Part shown: piece by piece, positions 1 through 14,499 of the stretch | Layout: every line of letters begins with the position of its first letter | How positions within the stretch are numbered: position 1 is the first letter of the stretch | NCBI GenBank assembly: GCA_964016885.1 | Contig: CAXHJY010001530.1 | Location: forward strand, 135,961-199,960 | From: Eledone cirrhosa | Taxonomy: Eukaryota | Direction: 5' to 3' | Length of the DNA stretch: 64,000 nucleotides | Position numbers and translations under genes: made by a program | The notes under the pieces: model-generated | Told to the model about the DNA's origin: nothing | What the model saw: the letters and a program-made list of their open reading frames with translations, nothing else | Databases searched by the model: none

Positions 1-486
1 CTATATTATCCTTATTGTGGTTAGATTTGTGGTTATAAAATGTCCTACTTGTGATGTGACCAATACTCTCATTAATATTACTGACATGGCTACATGATAT
101 ATCCTTAGTATTGAAAAGTTTAAGTATTATTTCATACATTCTTTAAAGGGTGTGATAGATTTTGTTTATGATGACACCCATTGTGAAGGATGATATCAGT
201 ATTTATAAAAGATGATAGACATATAATCAAACTGTCAATATCAACTTTTAAGGAAATACTTTTAAGACATTTAAGGTTAATGTTTGAAGCATTTCAATAC
301 ACTTTTGTTTAGAATTTATTACATACTTAATCTGTATGTCAAGTTAAAATACTCTCTGTAATTATTCAGCTTTAGTAAAAGTAGAATCATTGATTATATG
401 ATATTTTGTGCCCCAGAGGGAATTCTGAGTTTGAAAAAGTCTATTCTTTCTATAAGTGACATTAGAACAAATTAGAATTCAGTGAA

Positions 487-620
487 ATGGTTAGGTTTGG
501 CTTGCACTCACAACTTCTGGTGTTCAAGCTCATAGGGCATTTGAGCCATGTATTTTTGCCATAGCCTTAATTCATCACAAACCTTGTATGTAAAATTGGA
601 TTGATGGAAACTGAAAGCAA
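487..620 (+). mobile_element. Degenerate tRNA-derived SINE (family 2) fragment
   Basis: TGGTTAGG...GTGTTCAAGC B-box-like head and 3' ...TTGATGGAAACTGAAAG; related to an opposite-strand copy at ~11955-12100. Confidence 0.45.
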
Positions 621-857
621 AAGATCAGTTCATTCATGAACTGTCATGTGGATTAATGCTGAGAAGTATGTTAAGCATACATATGACTAGAAAAATGTTG
701 CCCCTTGCTAGATAATTCAATTAGTAGACTGTCCTAATGATTGAACTATTGGAACAACAATTGGCAATCCATTTTTACTTTCTGGTAATTGTGTTGGCTA
801 TCTTAGAAACTACTGTTATTTAAAATATATATTTTTTGTTTACTAAAACTATTATCG

Positions 858-955
858 ATAAAATAAATTATCAGTAACACACTGTGGTCGATTTAATCGA
901 CTTTCCCCTCCTCTAAAATTACTGGCCTTGTGTTTCTATTAGAAACAATTATTAT
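858..955 (+). mobile_element. 3' part of tRNA-derived SINE family 1
   Basis: GATAAAATAAA...CTGGCCTTGTG..TAGAAACAATTATT matches the 3' end of the copies at 9001-9185 and 50646-50830. Confidence 0.75.
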
Positions 956-1620
956 TAGCATGGAAGTGCTGTCAGAATGACCTGCTCGAGATGTGTGCAG
1001 AGCGACAAAACCGTTCTGCACATACTCGTCCAGTGTCCATGCAATACTTACTTGTGGAGTTATGTCGAACAGCTGTTGTCGCATGTAGAACAGATCCGGC
1101 TATCAACTGGGTCCATAGTGAAGATTGACCCACCCCTTCTTTTGGCTGGGAAGGGCAGGCAATTTTCCTCCATCTGGTGGTGGGAGTGAAAGAAGTTGTG
1201 TGGGGGCCCAGGTTGAGAGGACTGAAGACAGACACTTTTCTGTTCGGCCAATCCCTCAACTTTTTCAAGTTTCACTTGGAAAGGAAGGTGAGGGTGAAGA
1301 GAGAAGTGCTTCCCCCCAGTACATTTGCTAAAAGATGGGTAAATATAACGAATGGGCCTACTCTGAGCATGCACCAGTAGGCTGACTAATTTGCAGAAAG
1401 GGGTATCCTTCCTGGGTGCCCTCAAAGCATTGGTTGGTTCAGGTTTGGTGGGATACCTGAGTTGACCCTGGGTGGTTATCCCCCCTATTGGGGAATTTTC
1501 ATTGTTGTATTTTTCTTGTTATTTATATTTTTTATACATTATATATGTAAACCCTCACTCTCTCTGTCCATTGTATTGTCCCCTATATGTAGGCCCTTGT
1601 GGCTAATAAATTATTATTAT
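956..1620 (+). mobile_element. 5'-truncated L1/Tx1-clade LINE 3' end (ORF2 C-terminal zinc knuckle, 3'UTR)
   Basis: ORF 977-1189 has C-x2-C-x8-H-x4-C (CSRCVQSDKTVLHILVQC); continues by frameshift into ORF 1177-1380; AATAAA at ~1605 followed by (TTA)n. Confidence 0.7.
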
Positions 1621-3879
1621 TGTTGTTGTTGTTAACTAAATAGGGTACCACGCAGCTCATGAATCGATGAAGAGTGCCCCCTCCCCCATGACCTGATGTA
1701 AATTGCAGGAATCGGCGAACATTAACACTTTGAATACACATTATTATTATTCATGGTGTGCTCCTTTATGTCAAAGATGATTTAACCACTTGATAAACAA
1801 GCTACATTATAATTAATACTAGAATGATATTAGTACCGAGGTTGATATTATTTACTTAAAATCATGAATTGCAACTTGGACTCAATCTGTTGATTGAAAC
1901 AAGTAAATAACAAAAGAATATATACAAGACCATGCAAGCTACGTTTTTAATTAATTTTCCAGACTTTCTCTTTTTGAGGGATAGTATATTATAAAAGTAT
2001 ATTGTGTATTATGCATGTTATATACATGTATATGTGGTATATATATCGTATATACACTCAGCCAAAACATCATTATGAGCAAGGCACAGCATGGCCAAGT
2101 GGCCAGACTTGTGCCACCCAATTTCACATGGTAAACATAGTTGGTATTAGGAAGGACATCCAGTAGCCAACACAGAGTCCCGATATGTACAATGTATAGT
2201 GCGGCCATCTAGAGCAAGGCATGATAAAGCTAACTAACTGGACTGCCCTCATAATAGGACCACCATATGATTAAATCATATTCTCCTGAAGTAGACTGTA
2301 TTTCCTTGATCAAGATCAACAAAATTGAAGTAATATACTACTGAAAAGGAAGTTGACTTTATTCTGTCTACAATATTAGCCCTTATATCTAACAACAATG
2401 TTTGCATTTTATCAACTTAAAACTGAAACATCAATGTAACATAACTACTCCCCTTTATATTCTAATATGAATTATTTGAATAAAACATTGTACTAGAACT
2501 TTAAGTAAGAATTATAGACATATACAGATATGTGTACATATAGATAAAGAGAAAGTAAAATAAAGGTGGGGATTGGTTTGATACATTTGGCAACAATTTC
2601 TGCTTCCCTACATTTCAAGAATAACAAATACATCTGGTTTTAATTCAGCAGCAATTTCAAATCTGTGTAACTATAAATTGCTGTTAATTGTTTGATTACT
2701 TCTAAATTATTCCTATGCAATTAGTTTATAGTTTTTTCTATTTAGTTTTATTTTAACGAAATAGATGATTTAAAAAAATATTTCTAACTAAAAAAAGAAA
2801 AAAGAATTTTCATCATGTTGTCATGCATGAAGATGATCATAAACACTGCTGCTCATAAACATCAACATTAGAGACTGGCTTAGTGCTTTTCCAGAGTGTT
2901 TCTATCAAACAATATTTGGTATATTTCATTTTGACATTGCAAAACCCTCTTAAACAGACAATGGTTTATTAGATTAATAACAAAACAACTGAGCCTTACC
3001 TCAGTAGCTCGTATCATTTCCACCGCTTGAGTAAGTATGCAATTCTGATGGTCAACAAAAAGATGTGAGCCGACTCTTTTTATGCTTTCAAAACTCGGAT
3101 GTATACACCAGACTCTCTTGGCATCACTTTTATTTCTCTCTCCCCTCTTTTCCTATCCATGCGCATTATAGTTTGGCCAAATGTCTCTGTGATGTCCAGT
3201 GCTTCAGACATAAGTTACTTTCACCTAGTTAATGGCTACAATGCAGTTATAATGTAGCAATGTGACAGTTTGAACATATTACATATTCTCTCCTTTCCAA
3301 ACAGTTTCTGTATTTCAGTTCTTATTGTGGACCCCCTGCATGACCAATGCATATGGCGTTGAGTAACTGGAAAATCCTCCCAGTGTTCTAAGTGAAAATT
3401 GACAACTTTAACTATATTTGCCACCAGTCATTCAACAGTCACACCATAATTAGCACTACCTTGTGCAAGCATCATCATAAAGGAATAGATTGGAAGTGGA
3501 CTAATGATGTGAAACAGAGGAGGGACAACTGACAATTACACCACCTTCTGAGAATTTCCCCCAAACAAACACAGGTAAATGTAAATGGAGAAGGTCTCCA
3601 AATCATTCTCACTGATGTGATGTTGTAATGATGAGAAGATTATATTTGAGAGAGATTTTTGGCTAATTCTAACAGGCTGGGTGATCATGTTGAGACTCTT
3701 TTATTGCTTCATATATCTTTAGGTTGTATAAATGCACAGAGCAAGGGCAGAGTATATGCGGTTGTGAATTTTATCAAAATGCAAGAGTTATTCTATGCCA
3801 CATGTAATATTGGTAGTGTACATCCCAGCAGAGCAACTCAGTTAAATGACACATTACACAGTTATGTATATGTGCTTCA

Positions 3880-4600
3880 TGTTTATCTGGATTGTTATGT
3901 TTAGCAGATTTATGATTAAAGATCTTACAGCCGTGACCATTACATAGTATTTACAAGACTATATTTTTTAGGATTATATTATCAGTGTTTCCTTCTCTTT
4001 TCTAGATAGTAAGTTAAAATTCTGAGTAAGATTTGGCTGCTGCTATTTTTAGTAGGCTGGAATACTATAAAACAGTTCAGAGTGTTTGTTCACATTGTTA
4101 TTTAGCCCCAAGTAAAATTTGATCAAGAAGATCTATGAATAAAGACATTCCAGCCAAAGATTGAGTTATATTTGACTGCTATTTCAAGCAGATAGATCGC
4201 ATAATGACACTGAGCCACTCGGTGTTTAACTTCAGGTGAGTCTTAATCAAGAACTAGGAAGAAATTAATTCCAGCCATGACTATCCCACCATTTTCCTAT
4301 GTACAAGACCATATTATCCAATATCTCCTAAAATAGCAGCATGTGATTTGGGGGATATTTAGCTATTTCTTGCTAACTTAGATACCATGTAGAGATTTTC
4401 TGTTATCAAAAATATTGTTTAACCCCAGAACAACCTTGTTTGAAACGACTTATTATTAAAGGTACTCTAGGCATGAATATTTAATATTTCTATGATTATA
4501 TATAACTAGATTATCTATTAAATCTTTCCCTTTTTTAAGGTGTTAGGCTCTAATTAAGAATATTTCACTACTGTTTCTAGCATAGAGCCACCACATAATA
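3880..4600 (+). repeat. About four degenerate tandem units of an old interspersed repeat (other copies ~6205-6370 -, ~6690-6870 +, ~13870-14070 -)
   Basis: Recurring motifs TGTTTAGCCCC, TGATCAA, ATTCCAGCCATGAC and ATTTGGCTGCTATTTC at ~150-200 bp spacing. Confidence 0.5.
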
Positions 4601-6394
4601 TAGTGTGGTCAAACACAGCCAAGTATGGGGACATTGATGTATAAACTATGATGATAATATACTCACAGAGAGATATTTTCACAAATACATAGAATAACAT
4701 TTCAACAATAGCAGTTATAAAACCTCAGAACTGTAACTAACGAGTAAGCAGCTCCAGAAAAATAATTTAAGCAACACAATACATTTCCAAACTGAGGCGA
4801 GATAAAAGTGTTATTAGAAATACCTTAACTAGCAACCATTGAATAATATCTAACTAGTGGTTATATAAACCATCCCTGAAACCCTACTCTAAACAATCTG
4901 TCATATTTTCCTTTCCAAATTTCCATTTGAAAGTTTTAAACTGTGAATCAAATTCAAAAATCTGATACAATATGCAAAGGCTTCACTTTCTAATGGATTA
5001 ACATGTATAAAAAGAACTATTTCCTATCCTTTTCAAACAACTATCTCAGCATAATCTTTTAAATTTTAATCAATAAAAATGTAGCCATATGAATGAATAT
5101 GCTAATGTCCTTTACCTCATTTAATTATGATTTATATGAATTTATATGTTGTGTCTGATACCAATTTTGTATTGTTTCCTGGAAAACACTCTACTGGTTT
5201 TACAAATTAATTGCAACATCTTTCTCATTTATTATGAAGTTTAAAGGAAAATCTAATTTACATATTATAAAACCAAGAATAAGAATTAAATGGACATTTA
5301 TTAAATAAACATGTGAATAATTAAATTTTTAATTAAACCCTATTTTCTAGCAATACAACATCAAAGTAGTTTTCACAAATTTCATCAAACATATTCATGC
5401 TTTAATACACACAAAAATTCAGGTTAAATATTTTAAATTTCAGAAGGCATATAAAATGACAAAGGTAGTAATATAACTCTTTAGATGTTTTAGTGTATCA
5501 AAAGTTTAATGCCTCATTTTTCTGCATTTAAATCCTGCAAGAGATAACTTTGTCTTTACTCTCTATATATTTGATTGAATGGATATTAAGTCAATAAACT
5601 ATATTGTAAGATGAATTTTAGGTCAAGTACCAAATCAATATTTCAAATATCAAATATCCCAAATAAATTTATATTGGGATTCATAAAAAATATTTTTCCC
5701 TTTCAACTTACAGAAGAAATTTGATTTTATTGAAAAATTAATAATTAAAATAGTGTAAGATTCTGAAAAAATAAACAATTTTGAAACTCTTTAAAAACGA
5801 AGATGCTGAAATGGTTTTGAAAATGGCAAATTGGATTTATAATATCAACAATTTTTGTCAATATCCGTTGATGCAGATTGTTATATGCTGAGCTGTTTAT
5901 ATTACTTCTACGCATTGGCTATATAGTACATTAGAGTAAAAAAGAAAGTTCACATTTTCTCTTGGCTGCTTTCAAAATGTTATATAAATTGTATGATAAA
6001 ATATTTGACTTGCATTCTCATGTGGTATCACAATATATATATCTGACATGGCAGAAGGCCTGGCAGTATGTATTGAAAATATACTGATAACATGCACATT
6101 CCAGTTATATTTGTAGAATATATCAACAAGAACTATTTCTTACAAAATGTAGCCTCAACACGGGAAATAACCAATAGTAACATAAATTTATTAACAAATC
6201 AATTAGGAAGCCTCTACTTGGTTGTTTGACCTGGTAGAAATAGCAGTCAAATCCTTTTCAATTATAAAAATGGTGTTGAATAATGTAGTCCTCTGTCAGA
6301 CAAAAGAAAAATGACTGGAAATTCCTTGACCATATGTTTGTTCAATACAATATGAACTGGGGCTAAACTAACAATAATTTCATTTTAATATTAT

Positions 6395-6575
6395 TGGTGG
6401 AGTGTCGGACAACATGCTTTATTGCTTAGAGATATGGCCCTTTATAATCTGAGTTCAAATCCTGCCGAGGTTACTTTACCTTTCATCCTTATGGGATTGA
6501 TAATATAAAGTAACAGTAATGCACTGGGGTGATTTAATCGACTTTCCCCTTCCCCAAAATTGTTGGCTTCTGCTT
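6395..6575 (+). mobile_element. Diverged tRNA-derived SINE family 1
   Basis: B-box GAGTTCAAATCC and the CTTTCATCCTTA..GG.TTGATA core shared with 9001-9185. Confidence 0.8.
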
Positions 6576-9000
6576 AACCCCTTAGCATTTACATTACTCT
6601 ATATTTACTATTGTATTTTTGAGGTAAAGGCTTTACCTCAAATAATACCTCACATAATATCTAATCTATGAGATTTTGATATTGTTTGTGGTTATTGTTT
6701 AGCCTCGTGTTCGCCCTGATCAAACAATCCTTGCACAGTGCACCTAGCAACACATTATGCAATGTGTATAAGCTTTTCACATATGGTTTGGTGTATGTTT
6801 TGAGGGAGTTCTGCAGCTATTTCCAGCAGTTCAAATAATTACATAGGAGTTCCCTCCTTTGATCATAATAACAATATTTATACCTATGTAATTATGCTAT
6901 TGTTGCATGTTTCTAATCGCATTCATCTTCAATATATGTGAGGTATGTTTATTAACCAAAAACGCATTGCCTTATATATTTACAGGCAAGATACATCTTT
7001 TTCTTTTTACTGAAAAATCATATGTAAAATACCACGTCTTTCTACGAAACCTTGCTCCGGATTTGAACTTCACAGAACTCACTAGTGCACACACACACCA
7101 CACACAGGCATGCATACACACATGCAGGCACACACACACTCAGAGGTAAAGAATTGTGTAGAATTGACTGATGACATCTCACACAAAAACAAAAATTCCT
7201 TCTACGTGTGCAAAATATGTGTATGCTATTTTCTATAGTCTGTCTGTAATCCTAACATTCAATAGATGCCAAATATCAAGTAAGACTCACAATTTAAAAG
7301 CACCAGTTATTGTATTTGGAATTGCTATGATATGTATGAGTCCATTATTTTGCTAGACTGTTTGGGCAATAACTGTGATTAATTTAGCTAAATGTTTTCT
7401 TATCATTTAAACATAAATGCAGGTGAAGTTGCTAAGAGTATTTAGAGAAAACAAAATGCAACTCATAAATGATTCAAAGGTTCAAGCCAAAATATTAAAA
7501 AAAACAAAGAGGATGTGAAGTGTCAACTGTTAACCCATGCTAGCGCGGAAGATAGACATTAATTGATGACGTATAGACCGATTGTCTGATATTTCAAGGA
7601 AAAATGGTAATATAAACAACAAACATTTGTGTGCGATTTGTATAACTATGGCAATAAAATAACTGAATTGAAGTATTTATATCCATTTTCTCGTGCTTGA
7701 GGGCTTGAAAACAGTGTTGCAATTTCAGATGATGGCATAAATGTTTGACCCAGCCTTCTATGGTTATGTGTCAATGTTAAAACAAGCCACTTAACTGCAA
7801 AGATTTAGCTAGTGAGATAGGTATATAGAGTAATATGCTTTTAGCAAAATTTGACTCCTTGATCTATTAATATCCTAACAAATCATTCACTTGTCTCATA
7901 TGATGGATTATTTTAGCGAAATCCATTTTAAGAGACAGGACTCCAAATATCTTAACTAGTCTGCCAGTGTTTCTACAACCCCTCCTTAAGAATAAGAATA
8001 TTTTCAAGTTTTATTTCTGGTTAAATAAATTAATTTTCATATTTATCATAGCATTCTTCTTTCAGATCCAATTTTCTTATCCATTTTGTTGCAGTTCTTC
8101 TATAAATGTATCACTATAAAGAAATAATCATTGATAGATGAATTATTATATATATAATGTCTGGCTATCTGAAAATAATCTTGATACCAGTAATAACAAG
8201 AAAGATAAGTAGGGTGAAAGGGCAATGAGGAAATTAAATGAACTAGTCACATATTGAACAGACACATAACACACATACATATGCACACAAAGATATGAAT
8301 TTATAACAAAGAGAAAGATATATAAAAATATAAGATATAATCAATATTAGTCAAGACAACACAATAGCTTTGTGTATATGTTGGCTATTTCTGCAGCTGC
8401 ACTCTTTGGAAGAGACTGATGACCCCTTTTCTCAAGACATTTTCAATTGTGCCTTGGAAATAGATGACAATCAGTGATGTGAATTAATGTCTTTCACTGA
8501 ACAAATTATTTGTCTTTTGTCAAGTACAGCAACAGATTGCACTAGTTATGTATGTATGTAAGCATGTATGTATGTAAGCAAGTATGAATGAATGTATGTA
8601 TGTATTTATATATGTATGTATGCATGTGTTAATGGGATATGTGTTTTCCAGTCAAATTATAGGATATAGTAGTATATGTAGCTAGATAAATGATTTTGTG
8701 GAAGATGTTAGAAAACGTTTGAAACGCATGGTGAGAGAGGGATATGACAGAACATTTCTGGTATAATATTTTTGTCATAGCCTTGGTATTAAAGGAGAGA
8801 TTCAGAGAAAGTCCTGAGTTATTTCCAGTTTACAATGGGAAAGTGTATGGCTAAGCAATAGGAAGGATCATATTTTTGTTTTATTTTTATATGTTGTTTT
8901 TTTTTATTGAGGTAGTAAGATTTGAGTTAGTTGTAGGCACATCATGATTAGGGAAGAGGTATGAATTCTCTTATGGGCAGTCATGACAGGTATTATTTCA

Positions 9001-9185
9001 TGGATTGGCAGTATCGGTAGAGGGTCGGACGCCATGCTTTCCAGCATAGTTACGTCCCTTTACGATCTGAGTTCAAATCCCGCCGAGGTTGACTTTGCCT
9101 TTCATCCTTACGGGGTCGATAAAATAAAGTACCAGTAATGCACTGGATAATTGCTGGCCTTGTGCCTAAAGTAGAAACAATTATT
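9001..9185 (+). mobile_element. Near full-length tRNA-derived SINE family 1
   Basis: A-box TGGCAGTATCGG, B-box GAGTTCAAATCC, ATT-type tail; near-identical to the reverse complement of 50646-50830. Confidence 0.9.
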
Positions 9186-10145
9186 TCAGCCATTGGCCTA
9201 TTCAATTTTAATGTTTTTAATGTCATTTCAGTTATCCACCTCTCGAGTTTGTGATGGGATGAGGGTGGGAGTGTGTGTGGGGGTGATGTCTAAACAAGTG
9301 ACCAAATTTCCTTTCCTTATTTTCTTTTTTACTCTCCCTATTTCTTACAGTTGGCATTCAGGCACTTTGAAATTTGCAATATGGCTATGATTGAGAGGAG
9401 TGGGGGTTGGTGGGGAGACAAAATAATCTAACTTTCTTTCCTTCCTGTCTTTGGTTCTTTTTTTATTCATTTATTCCTAATTATTTATGCTTACCAGACA
9501 GCAGGCCAGTTTTCATGGGATAGGATATTTAAAAATATTCAAGTAAGTTTGATTTTGTAGAATAATTTTGCAGTCCTCCATTGCTTATTTTGATCTTATT
9601 TGTGTATTTACATTAGTATTTACATATGTGTATGTTTATAACGTAGTTTGAATTATGTGCTTGATTTTATATTGCTTTTCCATATCCCCATCTCAATAAT
9701 AACCATTTCAATAATAGTTTTTTTTCTTGTTTAGTTGTATGGGTCATAGATTTTCTGATAAAAGCTTCCCAGTGCATGGTGTAATATCGATAGACTAAAT
9801 GTTTTGGGGGCTTATTTTGTCTTGATGGTTAGTTTGGGGAAGTTTATAGTTGAGATGCATAAGAAGGTGGAGCACATTCAATTACATAATGTAGTTGTAG
9901 TTACTGCAGATAATAATAGTTTTATTATACAAAAACTATGTAATATGACAGCTATAGTTTGATAATGACTGTCTTCCCCTTTGCTGGCTGATGAGGTTGA
10001 TGGTTTACAAAATTGGTAATGAAGTTCGAGGTAGGCTTAACATGAGTTTTGAGTGCAGATCAGGGATTGGTTTACAGAGTTTTCTATGTATTTTGTTTAT
10101 TGGTTAAGGTAATCAACAATCATATTTACATACACACACACACAC

Positions 10146-10400
10146 ATCATCATCATCATCATCTTCGTTTAACGTCCATTTTCCACGCTAGCATGGGTTA
10201 GACAGGAGTTGTCCCACTTGAGGCAAGGCTGGTCGGGTGACCGTGTCTCGCTCATATAGGACTATCTGGCAGGATTTCTACGGCTGGATGCCCTTCCTAA
10301 CACCAACCACATTTACAGTGTGGAACTGGGAACTTTTTACCATGTTACCTACATGGCCACATTACAGCGTGGACTGTGTTTTTTTCTTGTGATACCTATA
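10146..10400 (-). mobile_element. RTE-LINE 3'UTR fragment with (GAT)n tail
   Basis: Reverse complement of the 3' end of the RTE copies at 25455-26455 and 34039-35448 (CCCATGCTAGCGTGGAAAATGGACGTTAAACGA..(GAT)n). Confidence 0.85.
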
Positions 10401-10419
10401 CACATATATGTGTCAGTAC

Positions 10420-11940
10420 AATGAAAGGTCAGTCCAGAGAAGTTTTAAGAGATGTTTCAATGGATATGTATGCATGAGGTACGATAGAGAGGTGCTTCAG
10501 CTAGACTGTTCATGAGCAAGGAACTTAGATACAAGTTCTTGGTAAATAAAAATGACAACATAGGTAGTGTAGGCATAACTATTGGCTGTGGAATGCATAG
10601 ATAAGGTAATCGAGGTAGTCAAAATTTGTGATAGTATAATTAAGCTTAGAGTAGTCTATGGTATTCTCTATAAATGCAATATAAGCTTGGCTTGCAGATG
10701 AACTGAAGGGGCATTTCCATGAGGTTCTCTTGCAGACTATCTCATACTTATGCAGTATGCAGGAAAGGAGTAGGTAGAAAATCTATCCTATATTCTTAAT
10801 GCCAACTATGGGTACACAAGTGATGTAGTGGGATCTCAGGCAGGCTAGTGAAAAATATAGGCTTTGTATTTGGTCGATTCACAGGAAACAAGTTCCTTTA
10901 AATGTCCAGATGGCTTCATAGAAGTAGTTAATAGTTTCTATTACCTATGGGACAAAATTAGCAGTGAAGGTGGGTGTCCTGAAAGTACAGTGGCTAGAGT
11001 GAGAACAAGATAGCAAAAGCTCAGGGAGCTACTACCACTGCTAGCTACAAAAGATGTTTTCCTCAAAATGAAAAATAAATTGTATGAAGCATGTGTACAA
11101 ACAACATTGCTGCATGGAAGTTAGATTTGGGCAATATGTGCAGAGGTTTTACAAAAAATGGAAACAAATGAAGCTTACATGCTCTGATGGATGTTTAATA
11201 ATAGTGTACATGATCGACAAAACATCAGTGAACTGAGTAAAGCTAGGCATTGAGGATAGATGCCTACAGGAGAGGAGAATGTGGTGGTCTGGACATGTTA
11301 TGCGAAGGGAAAATGACAGCTGTATAAAAATGTGCAGGGCATTCAAAGTCGATGGTAACTATGGAAGAGGAAGACCAAGGAAAATTTGGGATGAAGTGAT
11401 AAAAGCTGACCTTGCCCAATTAAACCTCACAAACAGGATGGCACAGGATAAAGGCCTCTCACATGATGCTGTTCTGCAGAAGACCTGCTTTCCAATGGAC
11501 AAAAATGATATGAAACAAATATGTAAAGGAAACACTAGTCTTCCCCACTCCTCTTTCCACACTTCCATCCACTATCACCCATCTTAACACCCTCCTCTCA
11601 CCTGCTAAATATTCTACACACCTAACTAATGTTGAATTTGCTTACCTGCCCATCCCCATCTCTGATACACCCTATGTGCCAAACCCAGGAAAGCTGGATA
11701 TACTCGACATCAGATCTGCCATAATGTCGTTGCCATGAGGAAAAGCACAAAGTCCACCCTGTATTCTGATCCAGTGCAACAAAAACAGAAGCAGCCAATC
11801 CACATTGTAAGCTAATAGAAACCAAGCCGAAATACAGATCTGTACAAGCATGATGTGGTCTTCAATCTTGACTCGTCTCATAATGTGACAATCTATCTAA
11901 CCCATGCAAGCATAGAAAATGGATGTTAAATGATGATGAT
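10420..11940 (+). mobile_element. Degenerate 5'-truncated RTE-clade LINE
   Basis: ORF 11279-11587 WWSGHVMRR...GRGRPRKIWDEVIKADL; homologous to 34039-35448; ends GGATGTTAAATGATGATGAT. Confidence 0.85.
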
Positions 11941-11954
11941 ATAAATATATGACA

Positions 11955-12100
11955 TTCTTCCTACAGCTTCTCTCTACCAAATTCACCCACAAGTTATTGC
12001 TTAATCCAGGGTTATAATGCAAGGCACTTGTCAAGGAGCCCACACAGATATGCATAACGAGAAAGTGTGATTCTGGAGCAAACCTCTTAACCACACAACC
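11955..12100 (-). mobile_element. Degenerate tRNA-derived SINE (family 2)
   Basis: Reverse strand begins GGTTGTGTGGTTAAGAGGTTTGCT (tRNA A-box-like head); similar to 487-620. Confidence 0.5.
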
Positions 12101-14499
12101 ATATATGTGCATGCATGTGTATGTGTGTAGAAACATTTGTGATAAACACACACACTGTATATAATCGCCAGTCAGATTTGATCAATTAGATCTGACCTAA
12201 GTTTAAACAACTAGAACTAAGACAACAGAGCCATCACTTTCTTTTGACTAGTGACAAATTTGCATTTTGTTTTGGTTACCCAATTTACATACTACATTTA
12301 AATAATTACAAAAATTGTATGATAACTATTTTTATTACATGATTTTATGATATACTGCAAAATAATACACTACCAAGCTTTTTACTTCATTATCTAATTA
12401 AAAAAAAAAGCCTGCTATAGCTTTATTTAAGATCAATATTCTAGATTATTATATAAAATCAACATTTTTAGGTCATTTAGTGATAAAAGCTATCTGGTAT
12501 ATGTCAGATTATTCTTTATCCTTTTTACACCATAAATTTTACTATTTTTCAGACAACTAGATCAATAATTTTATTTTCATGTTCTTTTTCCTTCTTGTTA
12601 TTATTTGTTTAAAGCATTTTGATCAGCATGTTCAGTGATCCCCCCCCCCCCCACTTCTGTAGATTGTATTTATTAGAGCATGTAGTTCCCCTTACTTTAA
12701 AACACATAGTAAAGGAAATTTTATGACAACAAATCAAAAAAACCTGATCTTACACCATTCCAATGCTTACACAAGTGATTAATCTCCCACCACACCCTTT
12801 TCACCACCATTAATACCTTTTACTTTTAAGATTCTTTATGATTGCTTTATTCTGATGGTGTAATGATTATGATGATATCTATTTTCATCTCATAAATTTC
12901 CCTCTAATTCCCATTCAAGTGTGCCTGAAAAAAAGAAAATAAATTTTGAACACATTTTGGATTGAAAGAGATCTTACATTATTTTCTATGGATTTTGAAT
13001 CTTTCATGTCTTGATCTCAATTTGGAATACAATCACCAAACTATCTTTAGTAGTAGAGATAAAATATTGTAATTTTGCAATCATTTGATACCTCAGTATA
13101 CAGGGACATTTATTGCCTCACTGTGACTTTTGATAACATATAAGGGATTTTTGGAAGTATATCTAGAATTTAAATATATATTGGGTAGCTTAAATCTACA
13201 CTGAGTGTATGTGCCATTTAACTACTCCACATCATTGATACCATTTATATAATGTCCATCAAATCTATCAGTCAAATAATGTTATTTCTTCTCAGAAAAT
13301 GAGTTTTGATCTGTTTGTCACTCTCCCAATACCAAAATAATATTCGTAAAGAAAGAAACATACAACATCACATCTCATTTGATTTTAATGCAAAATTCAT
13401 ACCATCACACTTCTTATAGGTGTTAGGCCTAGTAGTCTTTAATATTTACTTATAAAGGCTTCCATGCCATACTCAAGAGAATCTCAGCAAGTGAAATATC
13501 ATTACACAATAAGAAATATCATTACACAATAAGAAAAATCATTAGTTTCTGAACATATGCTAAACGTTTTATTATAGAAATATGCCCATCTCTCGAACAT
13601 TGCTGGGTCTATAATAAGCACACAATGACACAGATATGTATATGCATACATTCACAACCTCTCCAGTATGGATAAAAACTGACAAATGAAATTTTGCTAA
13701 CAAACGTTTTAAAAAGACCCCTATCACACGCTGTCTACATTTTGCCTAAACAGCCTCTATTAATATGGCTGTGCTATTTTAAACTCACTATCATATATTT
13801 CCAGTCTAAGGGAGTTGCTTTACTATACCAAACGTTCCAAACTCCAGCTTTCTAAGTCTATCTTCTGCCTCACAAGACAATGAGGGAACCAACATGTGCT
13901 CATTCAGCCCACTGATAAATCTCTCTTGAATTGTGCCTTACCTTCATTAGAAGGACATAGATAATGCAGTCCTAGATACAATATGTTCAAAACTAAAATG
14001 ACAGGGTCAAGGCTGGGACAAACTCATCATGTGCCTACTAAATCAGAAGTGACCTGGTGCTAAACAACTATAAAATCGACTATCACCTACACACATCCAC
14101 TAACATACAATAATGCACATTTACCATTAACTGCATTAATTTTTTAAGTGAAAATTGGCATTGTGTCAATTCCAAATAAATTAATATTCATAGTAAGAGT
14201 ATTTTTAAATAAAATAATTTCAAAGCAAAAAATTATAGATGTAACCACAAAGTTACCAATAGAGATTAATAGATATTATAAAAACTCATTTGGTTATATA
14301 CATGATGTGTCATTTTGCTTACTTTGTCAATATTCATTTCATATATAACAATAGATATAGTACTAGCTATTGTGTAATATATTTTGATGTTTTGAAGATA
14401 TATTATCAAACCATAAATGCAGCTTTATTCTATTCTTTTGATCAGGATTTTGATTCAATTATCAATTATGTAGAGAAACCATTAACGTAGTTTCAATTT

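Noticed and set aside
2995-3500. Possible host exons (minus-strand GAG|GTAAGG donor near 3000; ORF 3236-3424; plus-strand pyrimidine-rich acceptors)
   Set aside because: No recognisable protein motif, stops interrupt the frames, and splice signals conflict between strands.
9001-9085. tRNA-like A and B boxes
   Set aside because: No cloverleaf; these are SINE heads repeated across the window.
13494-13536. 20-bp tandem duplication AAATATCATTACACAATAAG
   Set aside because: Ordinary slippage duplication; no spacers, so not CRISPR-like.
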